Shown here in pieces: positions 8,780 through 17,442 of a stretch of DNA of 64,000 bases. How positions within the stretch are numbered: position 1 is the first letter of the stretch; every line of letters starts with the position of its first letter. A program made the position numbers and the translations under genes. Origin of the DNA: Candidatus Marinacidobacterium sp. (lineage in GTDB: Bacteria > Acidobacteriota > Vicinamibacteria > Marinacidobacterales > Marinacidobacteraceae); the NCBI GenBank assembly GCA_965220965.1, contig OZ244852.1, positions 64,001 through 128,000 on the forward strand, read 5' to 3'. Under the pieces are notes generated by a model. That model made no database searches. It was not told the origin of the DNA and saw only the letters and a list, made by a program, of their open reading frames with translations.

Positions 8780-10726
8780 GTGAGCCCTTCGGCCCGCGCG
8801 AACGCCCGGGGGGGCGAGACGGACTACTCGGCCAAGGACATCACCGTCCTCGAGGGGCTCGAGGCGGTCCGGAAGCGCCCCGGGATGTACATCGGGGGCG
8901 TGGACGCCGACGGCCTCCACCACCTCGTCTGGGAGATCCTCGACAACGCGGTCGACGAGGCGATGAACGGGCACGCCTCGACGATCGACGTCACGCTCCA
9001 CCGCGACGGCTCGGTGAGCGTCCGGGACGATGGCCGCGGCATCCCGGTGGACCTGCACCGGCCCTCGCGCCGGCCGGCGATCGAGGTGATCCTCACCACG
9101 CTCCACGCCGGCGGCAAGTTCGAGCGGGGGGCGTACCGCGCCGCCGGCGGCCTCCACGGCGTCGGCGCCTCGGTGGTGAACGCCCTCAGCGCCTCGCTCA
9201 CCGCGACCGTCTGGCGCTCCCGGAAGAAGTGGCGGATCGCCTTCGCCCGGGGGAAGCGGGTCTCGGAGCTCCAGAATCTGGGGCCGGCGCGGGGACGCGG
9301 GACCGAGGTCCGGTTCCTGCCGGACCCCCAGGTGTTCGACGATCCCCGCCCCGACGCCGACCGCATCGCCGAACGGCTCGAGGAGACCAGCTTCCTGCAC
9401 CGCGGCGTCCTGCTCACCTTCACCGACGAGGAGCGCGGAGAAACCCGGAAGTGGCGGCACGAGCGCGGTCTCCGCGACTACTTCGAGGCGCTCGTCGAGC
9501 GGCGGAAGCTCACGCTGGCGCACGAGGCGCCGTTCGAGTTCGAGAAGGATCCGCTGACCGGGGAAGGCCGGCTCGAACTGGCGCTCGGCTGGACCGAGTC
9601 GCCCCGGGAGGACTTCCGGAGCTACGTGAACGGGATCCCCACCGGGTCCGGGGGCTCCCACGAGGCGGGGCTGCGCGAGGGGCTGGCCCGCGCGGTCCGG
9701 CAGTACCTGGAGACCGGCAACCGGACGCCCCGCGGGCTCACGGTGACCGCCGATGATGCGCGCGAAGGCGTCCTCGCGGTGCTCAGCGTCTTCCTGCCGG
9801 ATCCCCGGTTCCAGGGGCAGACGAAGGACCGGCTGAACAACCCGGAGATCCGCGCGCCGGTGGACACCGCGGTCCGGGCGGCGCTCGAGAAGTGGCTCCA
9901 CCAGTCCCCGACCGCCGCCGAGCGGATCACCGGCCGGGTGGTGCTCGCGGCGCGGTCGCGCGAGGCCTCGCGGGCGGCGATCCGGTCGGTGCGTCGGCGG
10001 CCGGAGTCGCGCGCCCGCACCGTGCTGCCGGGGAAGCTGAGCGACTGCGCTTCCCGCGATCCGGGCGAGACCGAGATCTTCATCGTCGAGGGAGATTCGG
10101 CCGGCGGCTCGGCGAAGCAGGCGCGCGACCGCGTCCGCCAGGCGGTCCTGCCGCTGCGCGGGAAGATCCTGAACGCCGCCCAGGCGACCCCGGGCAAGGT
10201 GGCCGCGAACGCCGAGCTGCGCGACATCGGCCTCGCGCTCGGGTGCGGGACCGGCGACCGCTGCCGACCGGACCGCCTCCGCTACCGGCGGATCATCCTG
10301 CTCGCCGACGCGGACGCCGACGGCCACCACATCACGACGCTGCTGCTCGCCTACTTCGTGAACTACCTCTGGCCGCTGCTCGCCGAGGGTCGGGTCTACG
10401 TCGCCCAGCCGCCGCTCTTCCGCCTCGACTTCGGCGGAGAGGTGGAGTGGGCCGCCGACGACGCCGAGCGCGACCGGATCCTCGGCGCCAAGCCGAAGAA
10501 CGCGAAGCCCCCCACCATCACCCGGTTCAAGGGGCTCGGCGAGATGCCGCCCAGGATCCTCTGGAACACGACCCTCAACCCGAAGACGCGGAACCTGCTC
10601 CAGGTGGAGGCCCCCGACCCGAAGGCGGCGAAGGAGTTCATCGAGGCCCTCATGGGCAGGGACCCGGCGGTGCGCCGCACGCTCATCCGGTCCGGCGCGC
10701 CGGACCCCGCCGCGCTCGATCTCTAG
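8780..10726 (+). CDS. Type IIA topoisomerase subunit B (ParE/GyrB family)
   Basis: RKRPGMYIG, EILDNAVDE, GGLHGVGASVVNALS, VEGDSAGGSAK, PLRGKILN, DADADG, RFKGLGEM. Confidence 0.93.
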   Translation: MSPSARANARGGETDYSAKDITVLEGLEAVRKRPGMYIGGVDADGLHHLVWEILDNAVDEAMNGHASTIDVTLHRDGSVSVRDDGRGIPVDLHRPSRRPAIEVILTTLHAGGKFERGAYRAAGGLHGVGASVVNALSASLTATVWRSRKKWRIAFARGKRVSELQNLGPARGRGTEVRFLPDPQVFDDPRPDADRIAERLEETSFLHRGVLLTFTDEERGETRKWRHERGLRDYFEALVERRKLTLAHEAPFEFEKDPLTGEGRLELALGWTESPREDFRSYVNGIPTGSGGSHEAGLREGLARAVRQYLETGNRTPRGLTVTADDAREGVLAVLSVFLPDPRFQGQTKDRLNNPEIRAPVDTAVRAALEKWLHQSPTAAERITGRVVLAARSREASRAAIRSVRRRPESRARTVLPGKLSDCASRDPGETEIFIVEGDSAGGSAKQARDRVRQAVLPLRGKILNAAQATPGKVAANAELRDIGLALGCGTGDRCRPDRLRYRRIILLADADADGHHITTLLLAYFVNYLWPLLAEGRVYVAQPPLFRLDFGGEVEWAADDAERDRILGAKPKNAKPPTITRFKGLGEMPPRILWNTTLNPKTRNLLQVEAPDPKAAKEFIEALMGRDPAVRRTLIRSGAPDPAALDL

Positions 10727-10802
10727 TTCGGGCGCCCGCCAGACTCGCGGAGCGGCCCATCGCTGCCTGCGGAGCGTCGCGACCTCGGGCCACTGACGCC
10801 AG

Positions 10803-10832
10803 TTGACCCTGCTTCGGGCGCTCTGGTAAACC
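10803..10832 (+). promoter_or_regulatory. Putative sigma70 promoter
   Basis: TTGACC-18 nt-TAAACC with TG extension, about 10 nt before ATG 10843. Confidence 0.4.
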
Positions 10833-10842
10833 TCGTTGCCGC

Positions 10843-11151
10843 ATGTCCATCCTGAAGCGCATGGACTGGAAGTCGTTCTGGGGCGGCTTTGCAGCGATCG
10901 GTTGTGGACTGGTTCTGAGCGATGCGGGGGGTCTGATGGAGCGCTACCGGATGACGGACCCGGGGTCGCCAGAGGGCCATTCGGCGCAAATTCGGGAATG
11001 CCGGGAGACGATCCGGCAGCTCGAGGAAGAAAAGTTCCGGGCGGAAATGGAGTCGCTGCATCGCGAACTGGTCCCGGGGCTGCGCGAGCCCATTCCGGGC
11101 CGCGAGGAAGCGTCTGCGGGAGCCGCGGGTCCTTCCTCCGGGTGCGGGTAG
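10843..11151 (+). CDS. Small hypothetical protein: N-terminal hydrophobic segment + coiled coil
   Basis: WKSFWGGFAAIGCGLVL then ECRETIRQLEEEK; upstream promoter-like motif. Confidence 0.5.
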   Translation: MSILKRMDWKSFWGGFAAIGCGLVLSDAGGLMERYRMTDPGSPEGHSAQIRECRETIRQLEEEKFRAEMESLHRELVPGLREPIPGREEASAGAAGPSSGCG

Positions 11152-11168
11152 CCGAGGCAGGCGCCCTG

Positions 11169-11489
11169 ATGTTCCGCACACTCCGCCCCGGGAAGGCAGA
11201 GGGGCCCCCCGGGACGCGTCCCGCACCATCGTGGTGGCGAGACCGGATGAGTCAACCCAGGAACTGGTCCTTTCTCGCCGGCGGCATGTTCGCGCTGAGC
11301 GCGTGGATCGTCGTGATCGAGACGGACGATCGACTGTCCTGGCGGGCAGAGAACAGACTGCGGTCGGAATCCGCCGAGTGCCGGTGGGAGGCGAGAGACC
11401 TGCGGCGCGAGCTGGACGCGCTCCGGCAGGCGTTGCGGACGCAGGACGAGGCGGCGGCCGCCGAACCGGGGACCGACTCCCCGCCCTGA
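11169..11489 (+). CDS. Small hypothetical protein: TM + coiled coil (alternative start 11247)
   Basis: WSFLAGGMFALSAWIVVI then ECRWEARDLRRELDAL. Confidence 0.5.
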   Translation: MFRTLRPGKAEGPPGTRPAPSWWRDRMSQPRNWSFLAGGMFALSAWIVVIETDDRLSWRAENRLRSESAECRWEARDLRRELDALRQALRTQDEAAAAEPGTDSPP

Positions 11490-11492
11490 AGT

Positions 11493-12557
11493 TCAGCTCA
11501 CCGCGAAGCGGATGACGAGCACATCCCCGTCCTGGACCGGGTAGTCCTTCCCTTCGAGACGGAGCGCCCCTTTGGCGCGGGCGGCGTCCCACGAGCCGCA
11601 TTCGACCAGCGTGTCGTAGGAGACGACCTCGGCGCGGATGAACCCCCGCTCCATGTCGGAGTGGATCGTTCCCGCCGCCGCCTGGGCGCGGGTGTTCCGC
11701 CGGATCAGCCACGCCCGCGCCTCGGTCTCGCCGGCGGTGTAGAAGGTCGCCCGGTCCATCAGCTCGAAGACCGCCCGCAGGATGCGCTCGGTGGCGCCCG
11801 CCTCGATCCCCAGGTCGGAGCGGAACTCCTGTGCGTCCGCTTCGGGCAGCTCGGCGATCTCCTGCTCGATCCGGGCCGAGACCGAGGTGAGCCGCGTCTC
11901 CGGCCGGGCGGCGAAGTCCTTCAGTCCCGGGAGCTCCGCCGGGTCGCTCGCGACCTCGTTCTCGCCCTGGTTGACGACCAGCAACTGGGGCTTGGCGCTC
12001 ATCAGCCCGTAGCCGCGGAGCCGGTTCCGGTCCTCGCGCGAGAGCGCCTGGCGGAGCGGGCGCTCCGCCTCCACCGCCTCGCGGGCCGCCTCCAGCCGGT
12101 CGTACTCGCCGCGATTCGCCTCCGGCTTGCCGCGGGCCCGGTCGTTCTTCAGCCGCTCCATGCGCTTCTCGAGCACCGCAAGGTCGGCCACCAGCAGTTC
12201 CAGCTCGAGGTTCTCCGCATCCCGCGCCGGGTCCACCGAGTCGAACGGCGAGGCGACCATCGGGTCCTCGAACGCCCGCGCCACATGGACGATGACGTCC
12301 ACGTCCCGGATGGCGGCGAGGTTCTCGGTGGCGCCCGAGACGCCCCGGCGGAGCGCCGGGAGCAGCACGAGCTCGAGTGTCGCCGGGGTGATCTTCGGCG
12401 AGGCGTGGAGCCGGGCGAGCGTGTCGAGGCGCGCATCCGGGACCGCGAGCACGCCGCGCCGGGCCTCCCGCGTGTATCCCACCGCCGCCGCCTGCGTCAG
12501 CAGCGAGAACAGGGTCTTCTTGCCGGAGGCGGCGAACCCGACAACTCCGGCGCGCAC
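11493..12557 (-). CDS. ychF: YchF/DUF933 family protein with degenerate G-motifs
   Basis: VPDARLD, HVARAFED, AAGTIHSDMERGFIRAEVV, LRLEGKDYPVQDGD (TGS domain). Confidence 0.85.
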   Translation of the reverse strand: MRAGVVGFAASGKKTLFSLLTQAAAVGYTREARRGVLAVPDARLDTLARLHASPKITPATLELVLLPALRRGVSGATENLAAIRDVDVIVHVARAFEDPMVASPFDSVDPARDAENLELELLVADLAVLEKRMERLKNDRARGKPEANRGEYDRLEAAREAVEAERPLRQALSREDRNRLRGYGLMSAKPQLLVVNQGENEVASDPAELPGLKDFAARPETRLTSVSARIEQEIAELPEADAQEFRSDLGIEAGATERILRAVFELMDRATFYTAGETEARAWLIRRNTRAQAAAGTIHSDMERGFIRAEVVSYDTLVECGSWDAARAKGALRLEGKDYPVQDGDVLVIRFAVS

Positions 12558-12593
12558 GGCGGCGAATGCTAGTGCGAAGTCCCTCGCGGGACT

Positions 12594-13301
12594 TCAGGAG
12601 CGCGCGGGCCGGGCGCCGGATCGTTTTCGCAGGAAGGGAAGCAGCGCGAGGAAGAACATGCCCACCCCCAGGAACTCGAGGAAGACGAGGTACCAGGGCC
12701 AGGGCAGGAAGAAGAACGGGGACACGGTCCCCGGCGGCGGGCTGCTCAGGAAGAGGTAGTTCGTGCCGAGGAGAACGTTGGCGACGGCGGCGACGACCGC
12801 CAGCAGATTCAGATAGACGATCGAGCGGACGAACCCCTTGAGATCCGGCCGCATGCCGAGGCCCCAGGTGGCGAACACCACGCCGCCGAAGATGCCCGAG
12901 TGGGCGATGAAGTACTGGAAGAAGCGGTACTCGGGGAATCCGACGTCCAGGTTCCCGGGGGTGAGCACGGCGTTGCCCGCGCCCACCAGACCCCAGAAGT
13001 AGACGATCTCGTAGAGGCGCTGGTTGGGCCGGATCAGCGTCGCGATCGTGAGCAGAACCGCCGCTCCGCACAGGTTGAGCGGCAGGTGGTAGCGGAGGAA
13101 CCCCCCGAGGCCGACCTCGCCGACCCGGATGGTCCAGTAGACGAGTTCGTTCGCCAGCATCATCAGCGCCCAGCCGAGCGCGATGGCCCGGGCGGTTCGC
13201 GCATCTCTCCGCCGCGCGATCCACGCGAGCGCCACCGGCAGCAGCACCGTGAGCGCCATCGCCACCAGGTGGGGCGCAGCGAAGGTCCGGAACCCGCTCA
13301 C
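12594..13301 (-). CDS. YwaF / TIGR02206-like integral membrane protein
   Basis: LPLNLC, YFWG..GA..A.LTP, FF..H, NYLFL..PP, PWPWY. Confidence 0.8.
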   Translation of the reverse strand: MSGFRTFAAPHLVAMALTVLLPVALAWIARRRDARTARAIALGWALMMLANELVYWTIRVGEVGLGGFLRYHLPLNLCGAAVLLTIATLIRPNQRLYEIVYFWGLVGAGNAVLTPGNLDVGFPEYRFFQYFIAHSGIFGGVVFATWGLGMRPDLKGFVRSIVYLNLLAVVAAVANVLLGTNYLFLSSPPPGTVSPFFFLPWPWYLVFLEFLGVGMFFLALLPFLRKRSGARPARS

Positions 13302-13432
13302 GACCCGCGCGCCTCCGACGGAGCGTCGGTCCGCGTTCCGGATCGCCGGAGAAAGCCGCCCGTCACGGCGAGGGAATGTATCCGCAGTCCCGGCGACCCG
13401 ACGGGCGCCCTGGACGCTCTCGGGGGCGACAA

Positions 13433-13462
13433 GTGGAAAAGAGTGGCAAATTGTGGTAGAAA
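13433..13462 (+). promoter_or_regulatory. MraZ-binding direct repeats overlapping the dcw promoter
   Basis: GTGG at 13433, 13443 and 13453 (10-bp period) in an AT-rich patch, followed by TAGAAA. Confidence 0.8.
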
Positions 13463-13558
13463 CCGCTCTTATCCCGAGACTGCCGGACGGGTCCGCCCTC
13501 GAGTCGTCTCCGCAGCGTACTCGGGCGCGCCGGTCCGAACCTCCCGCTCCCCCATCCC

Positions 13559-13999
13559 GTGTTCCGCGGCAACCACCCCGCCACCGTGGACGCCAAGGGG
13601 CGACTCAAGCTGCCCCAGGCGTTTCTCGGGCCGCTGATGGAGCGGTACGGCCCCGACCTGTTTCTCACGAGCGTCGACGGGGAGAGCGTCTCGATCTATC
13701 CGCTGAAGATCTGGGAAGCCCTGGAGTCGCGGCTCGCGACCCGGGGCGACCTCGACCCGGCGAAGTCGCGGTTCCTGCTGCGGGTCAGCTACTTCGGCCA
13801 GCAGACCGCGATCAGCGCGCAGGGCCGGGTTCTCATCCCCTATCGGCTCCGCGTCGCGGCCAACACCTCGGGCCCGGTGGATGTCCTCGGCAAGGGCCGC
13901 TGTCTCGAGGCGTGGGACCACGAGAAGCTGCTCGCCCGGCTCGAGGCGAACCCGCCCTCCGAGGCCGACCGCGCCTTCCTCGGGGAGCTGGGGATCTGA
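13559..13999 (+). CDS. mraZ: Division/cell wall cluster repressor MraZ
   Basis: MFRG..VDAKGRL, second AbrB-like repeat QGRVLIP, LEAWD. Confidence 0.92.
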   Translation: MFRGNHPATVDAKGRLKLPQAFLGPLMERYGPDLFLTSVDGESVSIYPLKIWEALESRLATRGDLDPAKSRFLLRVSYFGQQTAISAQGRVLIPYRLRVAANTSGPVDVLGKGRCLEAWDHEKLLARLEANPPSEADRAFLGELGI

Positions 14000-14087
14000 G
14001 TCGCGCTCCGTGGCCCTCGCCCTTCGCGCGACCTCTCTCCGGGGAGCGCCGCCCGCCTCCGTTCTCCCCCTCGCGGGACCGTTCGGC

Positions 14088-14975
14088 ATGACCGGCGCGA
14101 GCCACCAGCCGGTGCTGGTGGCGGAGGTCCTCGACTGGATGGCCCCCCGCTCCGGCGGGCGCTACGTCGACGCGACCTTCGGACGCGGCGGACACTCGCG
14201 GGCGCTCCTCGACATGGCGCCCGGCGCCGAGGTCGTCGGGCTGGACCGCGACCCCGAGGCCGCCGCCGCCGCGCAAGACCTGGCCACCGCCCAGCCGGGG
14301 TTCCGCTTCCTGGCGGCCGACTTCGCCGACCTGCCCGGGGCGCTGGAGCGCGCCGGCTGGGACCGGGTGGACGGTCTGCTCCTCGATCTGGGCGTCTCCA
14401 GCCCCCAGCTCGAGGACGAGGCGCGCGGGTTCTCGCTTCGCCGCGACGGCCCCCTCGACATGCGGATGGACCCCGCGACCGGCGAACCGGCTTCGGCCCT
14501 TCTCGACCGGCTGGACCAGCCGGAGCTGGCGGACCTGCTCTACGCCTCCGGCGAGAGGCGGTCCCGGGCGATCGCCCGCCGCATCGCGGCGCGGCGGCCG
14601 CTCCGCACCACCGGGGACCTGCGCGCCGCCGTCATCGCCGCCACCGGGCCCCGGCGGGGCCGGCTGGATCCGGCCACCCGGACCTTCCTCGCGGTCCGGC
14701 GGGCGGTGAACCGCGAGGACGAGGCGCTGGCTTCGGTCCTCGCCTCGGGGCCGGACCTCCTGCGCCCCGGCGGGGTCATGGTCGTGATCTCGTACCACTC
14801 GGGGGAGGACGGACCGGTCAAGCGGCGCTTCCGGGATCTCGCCCGGGCCGGAGGGTTCCTCGTGGAGACCCGCCGGCCCATCCGTCCGGGGGACGAGGAG
14901 CGGGAGGCGAACCGCCGGGCCCGCAGCGCCTGCCTGCGCGTTCTGCGCCGCGCCGAGGGAGGCGGCGAGTCGTGA
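14088..14975 (+). CDS. rsmH: 16S rRNA m4C1402 methyltransferase
   Basis: HQPVL, DATFGRGGHS, DLGVSSPQL, GPLDMRMD, NRRARSACLR. Confidence 0.95.
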   Translation: MTGASHQPVLVAEVLDWMAPRSGGRYVDATFGRGGHSRALLDMAPGAEVVGLDRDPEAAAAAQDLATAQPGFRFLAADFADLPGALERAGWDRVDGLLLDLGVSSPQLEDEARGFSLRRDGPLDMRMDPATGEPASALLDRLDQPELADLLYASGERRSRAIARRIAARRPLRTTGDLRAAVIAATGPRRGRLDPATRTFLAVRRAVNREDEALASVLASGPDLLRPGGVMVVISYHSGEDGPVKRRFRDLARAGGFLVETRRPIRPGDEEREANRRARSACLRVLRRAEGGGES

Positions 14976-15346
14976 GCCCCGAGCGCGACTTCGCCGTCGG
15001 CTACCACCCCCGGAACCGCTGGATCCGGCGGCGGATCGACCGCGTCCGCTACCGCCAGATGTTCGGCCTGTTCGCCGCCGTCGTGCTCGGTCTGCTCGCG
15101 GTGGCGGCCGCCGCCTGGCCGAGGCTCGAGGCGGCGCGGCTCGGCTACCGGATCGAGGAGCTCCGGACGATCCGCGACCAGCTCGAACAGGACATCCGCC
15201 GCTACGAGCTGCAGGTCGCCGAACTGACCGATCCGCGCCGGGTCGTCCGGCTCGCGCGCGAACGGGGGCTCGAGCCGGCGACCGCCGAAGTCGTGATCGA
15301 GGCGCCGTCTGACGGCTCGGCGGGCGCGTCGGGAGGGTCGCGGTGA
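14972..15346 (+). CDS. ftsL: Cell division protein FtsL
   Basis: Single TM + leucine zipper; lies between rsmH and ftsI. Confidence 0.75.
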   Translation: MSPERDFAVGYHPRNRWIRRRIDRVRYRQMFGLFAAVVLGLLAVAAAAWPRLEAARLGYRIEELRTIRDQLEQDIRRYELQVAELTDPRRVVRLARERGLEPATAEVVIEAPSDGSAGASGGSR

Positions 15347-17442
15347 GCGCCCGGGGCGGCGGTGGCCGGTCCGGCGGAGCCGGGTCCCGGTCGGGAGAGC
15401 GGGCGGCGCCCCGCTCGCTGTTCCCCGACCAGCCCGGGAAGGCGCCCCCTCCGCGCCGGTCGCGCGCCGGGGCCTCCGGGCGTCGCCGAACGCGAACGCC
15501 GCTCCGGCTGCCGGCCTCCGGAACCCCGCTCCGCTTTCCGCCCCCGCCGCCGGGCGATCCGCCGGCGAGGCCGCCCGGCGTCCGGATCCGGCGACGGGCG
15601 TTGGTCTGCGGGGTCTTCCTGGCGGCGTGGGGCCTCGTGCTCGCCGGCCGGCTGGTGGACACCCAGGTCCTCGAGCACGACGCGATGGTGGCCCGCGCCG
15701 CGGCCCAGCACTCGCACCAGTTCGAGATCCTGCCGCTCCGCGGTGAAATCACCGACCGCGCCGGCCGACCGCTCGCGACCTCGGTGGTGGTGGACTCGGT
15801 CTACGCCTCGCCCCCGGACTACGAGGATCTCGACCGGAGGGACGCCGCCCGGCGGCTGGCCGCCTGTCTCGACGTCTCGCCGGCTCTGGTGCGCCGCCGG
15901 CTCGAGCGCGATTCCCGGTTCTCCTGGCTGCGGCGGAAGGCGTCCGCCGATCAGGTGGCCTGCGCCCGGCGCACCGGATTGCCGCTCGGGACGATCGAGG
16001 AGTACGGCCGGTTCTACCCCGGAGGATCCCTCGCCGCCCAGGTCGTCGGGCACGTCGGTGTGGACGGGGACGGACTGGGCGGAGTGGAGCACGCGCTCGA
16101 CGCCGAGATCCGGGGCGAGCCCGGGCTCCGGATGCTGTGGACCGACGGGCGCCGCACCGGCCACCAGAGCCGGGTGGTGTCCGAGCCGCGCGCCGGCGCC
16201 GATCTCGAGCTCACCCTCGACATCCGGGTCCAGGCCATCGCCGAAGAAGAGCTCCTGGTCGGCATCGAGGAGACCGGCGCGCGCGCCGGAGCGGTCATCG
16301 TGGTGGAGACCGGAACCGGCGACGTGCTGGCGATGGCGAGCGCGCCGTCGTTCGATGCGAACCGCCCGGGCGACGCGCCGGCGATCGCCCGCGTCAACCG
16401 CACGATCACCGATCCCTACGAGCCCGGCTCGGTCTTCAAGATCTTCACCGCCGCCGCCGCGCTCAACGAGGGCGTGACCCACGAGAGCGAGGAGTTCGAC
16501 ACCTTCGACGGCCGCTACCGGATCGGGAGGCGGACGATCCGCGACTGGAAGCCCCTCGGGCCCCTGAGCTTCGCCGGCGTCATCCAGCAGTCGTCGAACA
16601 TCGGAACGCTCCAGGTCGGAAGCCGCCTCGGCGCCGCGCGCCTCGCGGCCTATGTCGAGGCCTTCGGTTTCGGGCGGCGAAGCGGGCTGGGTCTGCCCGG
16701 GGAGAGCCGCGGGATCGCTCCGCCGACGGGCGACTGGCGGCCCATCCGCCTCGCCACCGTCTCCTTCGGCCACGGCATCGCCGCCACACCGGTCCAGGTG
16801 GCCCGCGGCGTGAACGCGGTGGCGAACGGCGGGGTGCTGCTTCCCCTGCGCCTGATCCGCCGCATCGGGGACCGGGCGCCGGCCCCGGAACCGGGACGGC
16901 GCATCGTCTCGTTCCGGACCGCCGAGCGGCTCCGCACCCTCCTCGCGGGGGCGGTGAGCGACGGCACCGGCGGGTCGGCGGCGGTGGCCGGTTTCGAGGT
17001 CGCCGGGAAGACCGGGACCGCGCAGAAGGCGGTCCCCGGGGGCTATTCGGAGACCGACTTCATCGCCTCTTTCGGCGGCTTCGCGCCGGCGCGCGCGCCC
17101 CGCTTCACCGCCGTCGTGATCCTCGACACCAGCATCCCGAACCACAGCGGCGGGAACGCCGCCCGGGTGTTTGGCCGGATCGCCGGTCGACTCCTCCAGC
17201 ACTACAGGGGCGTCGGGCGCGACGCGGTCCGGATCGCCGCCTCCCCTCTCCAGCCGGGAGTGGCGGTCGTTCCCGCCCGGGGCGCGGGTGCGGTCGCGCC
17301 TCCGCTTTCGCGGCGGGACGCGCTGGCGAACGCGCTGCGCCAGGCGGCGCCCGCGACTCCCGACCCGCCGGACTCGGTGATCCGGGTCGCCGAGGCCGCG
17401 TCGCGGCCCCTTCCTCCGGGACGCGCAGGTTCGGGTCGATGA
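15343..17442 (+). CDS. ftsI: Penicillin-binding protein FtsI
   Basis: RGEITDRAG, YEPGSVFK (SxxK), SSN, GKTGTAQK. Confidence 0.93.
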   Translation: MSARGGGGRSGGAGSRSGERAAPRSLFPDQPGKAPPPRRSRAGASGRRRTRTPLRLPASGTPLRFPPPPPGDPPARPPGVRIRRRALVCGVFLAAWGLVLAGRLVDTQVLEHDAMVARAAAQHSHQFEILPLRGEITDRAGRPLATSVVVDSVYASPPDYEDLDRRDAARRLAACLDVSPALVRRRLERDSRFSWLRRKASADQVACARRTGLPLGTIEEYGRFYPGGSLAAQVVGHVGVDGDGLGGVEHALDAEIRGEPGLRMLWTDGRRTGHQSRVVSEPRAGADLELTLDIRVQAIAEEELLVGIEETGARAGAVIVVETGTGDVLAMASAPSFDANRPGDAPAIARVNRTITDPYEPGSVFKIFTAAAALNEGVTHESEEFDTFDGRYRIGRRTIRDWKPLGPLSFAGVIQQSSNIGTLQVGSRLGAARLAAYVEAFGFGRRSGLGLPGESRGIAPPTGDWRPIRLATVSFGHGIAATPVQVARGVNAVANGGVLLPLRLIRRIGDRAPAPEPGRRIVSFRTAERLRTLLAGAVSDGTGGSAAVAGFEVAGKTGTAQKAVPGGYSETDFIASFGGFAPARAPRFTAVVILDTSIPNHSGGNAARVFGRIAGRLLQHYRGVGRDAVRIAASPLQPGVAVVPARGAGAVAPPLSRRDALANALRQAAPATPDPPDSVIRVAEAASRPLPPGRAGSGR

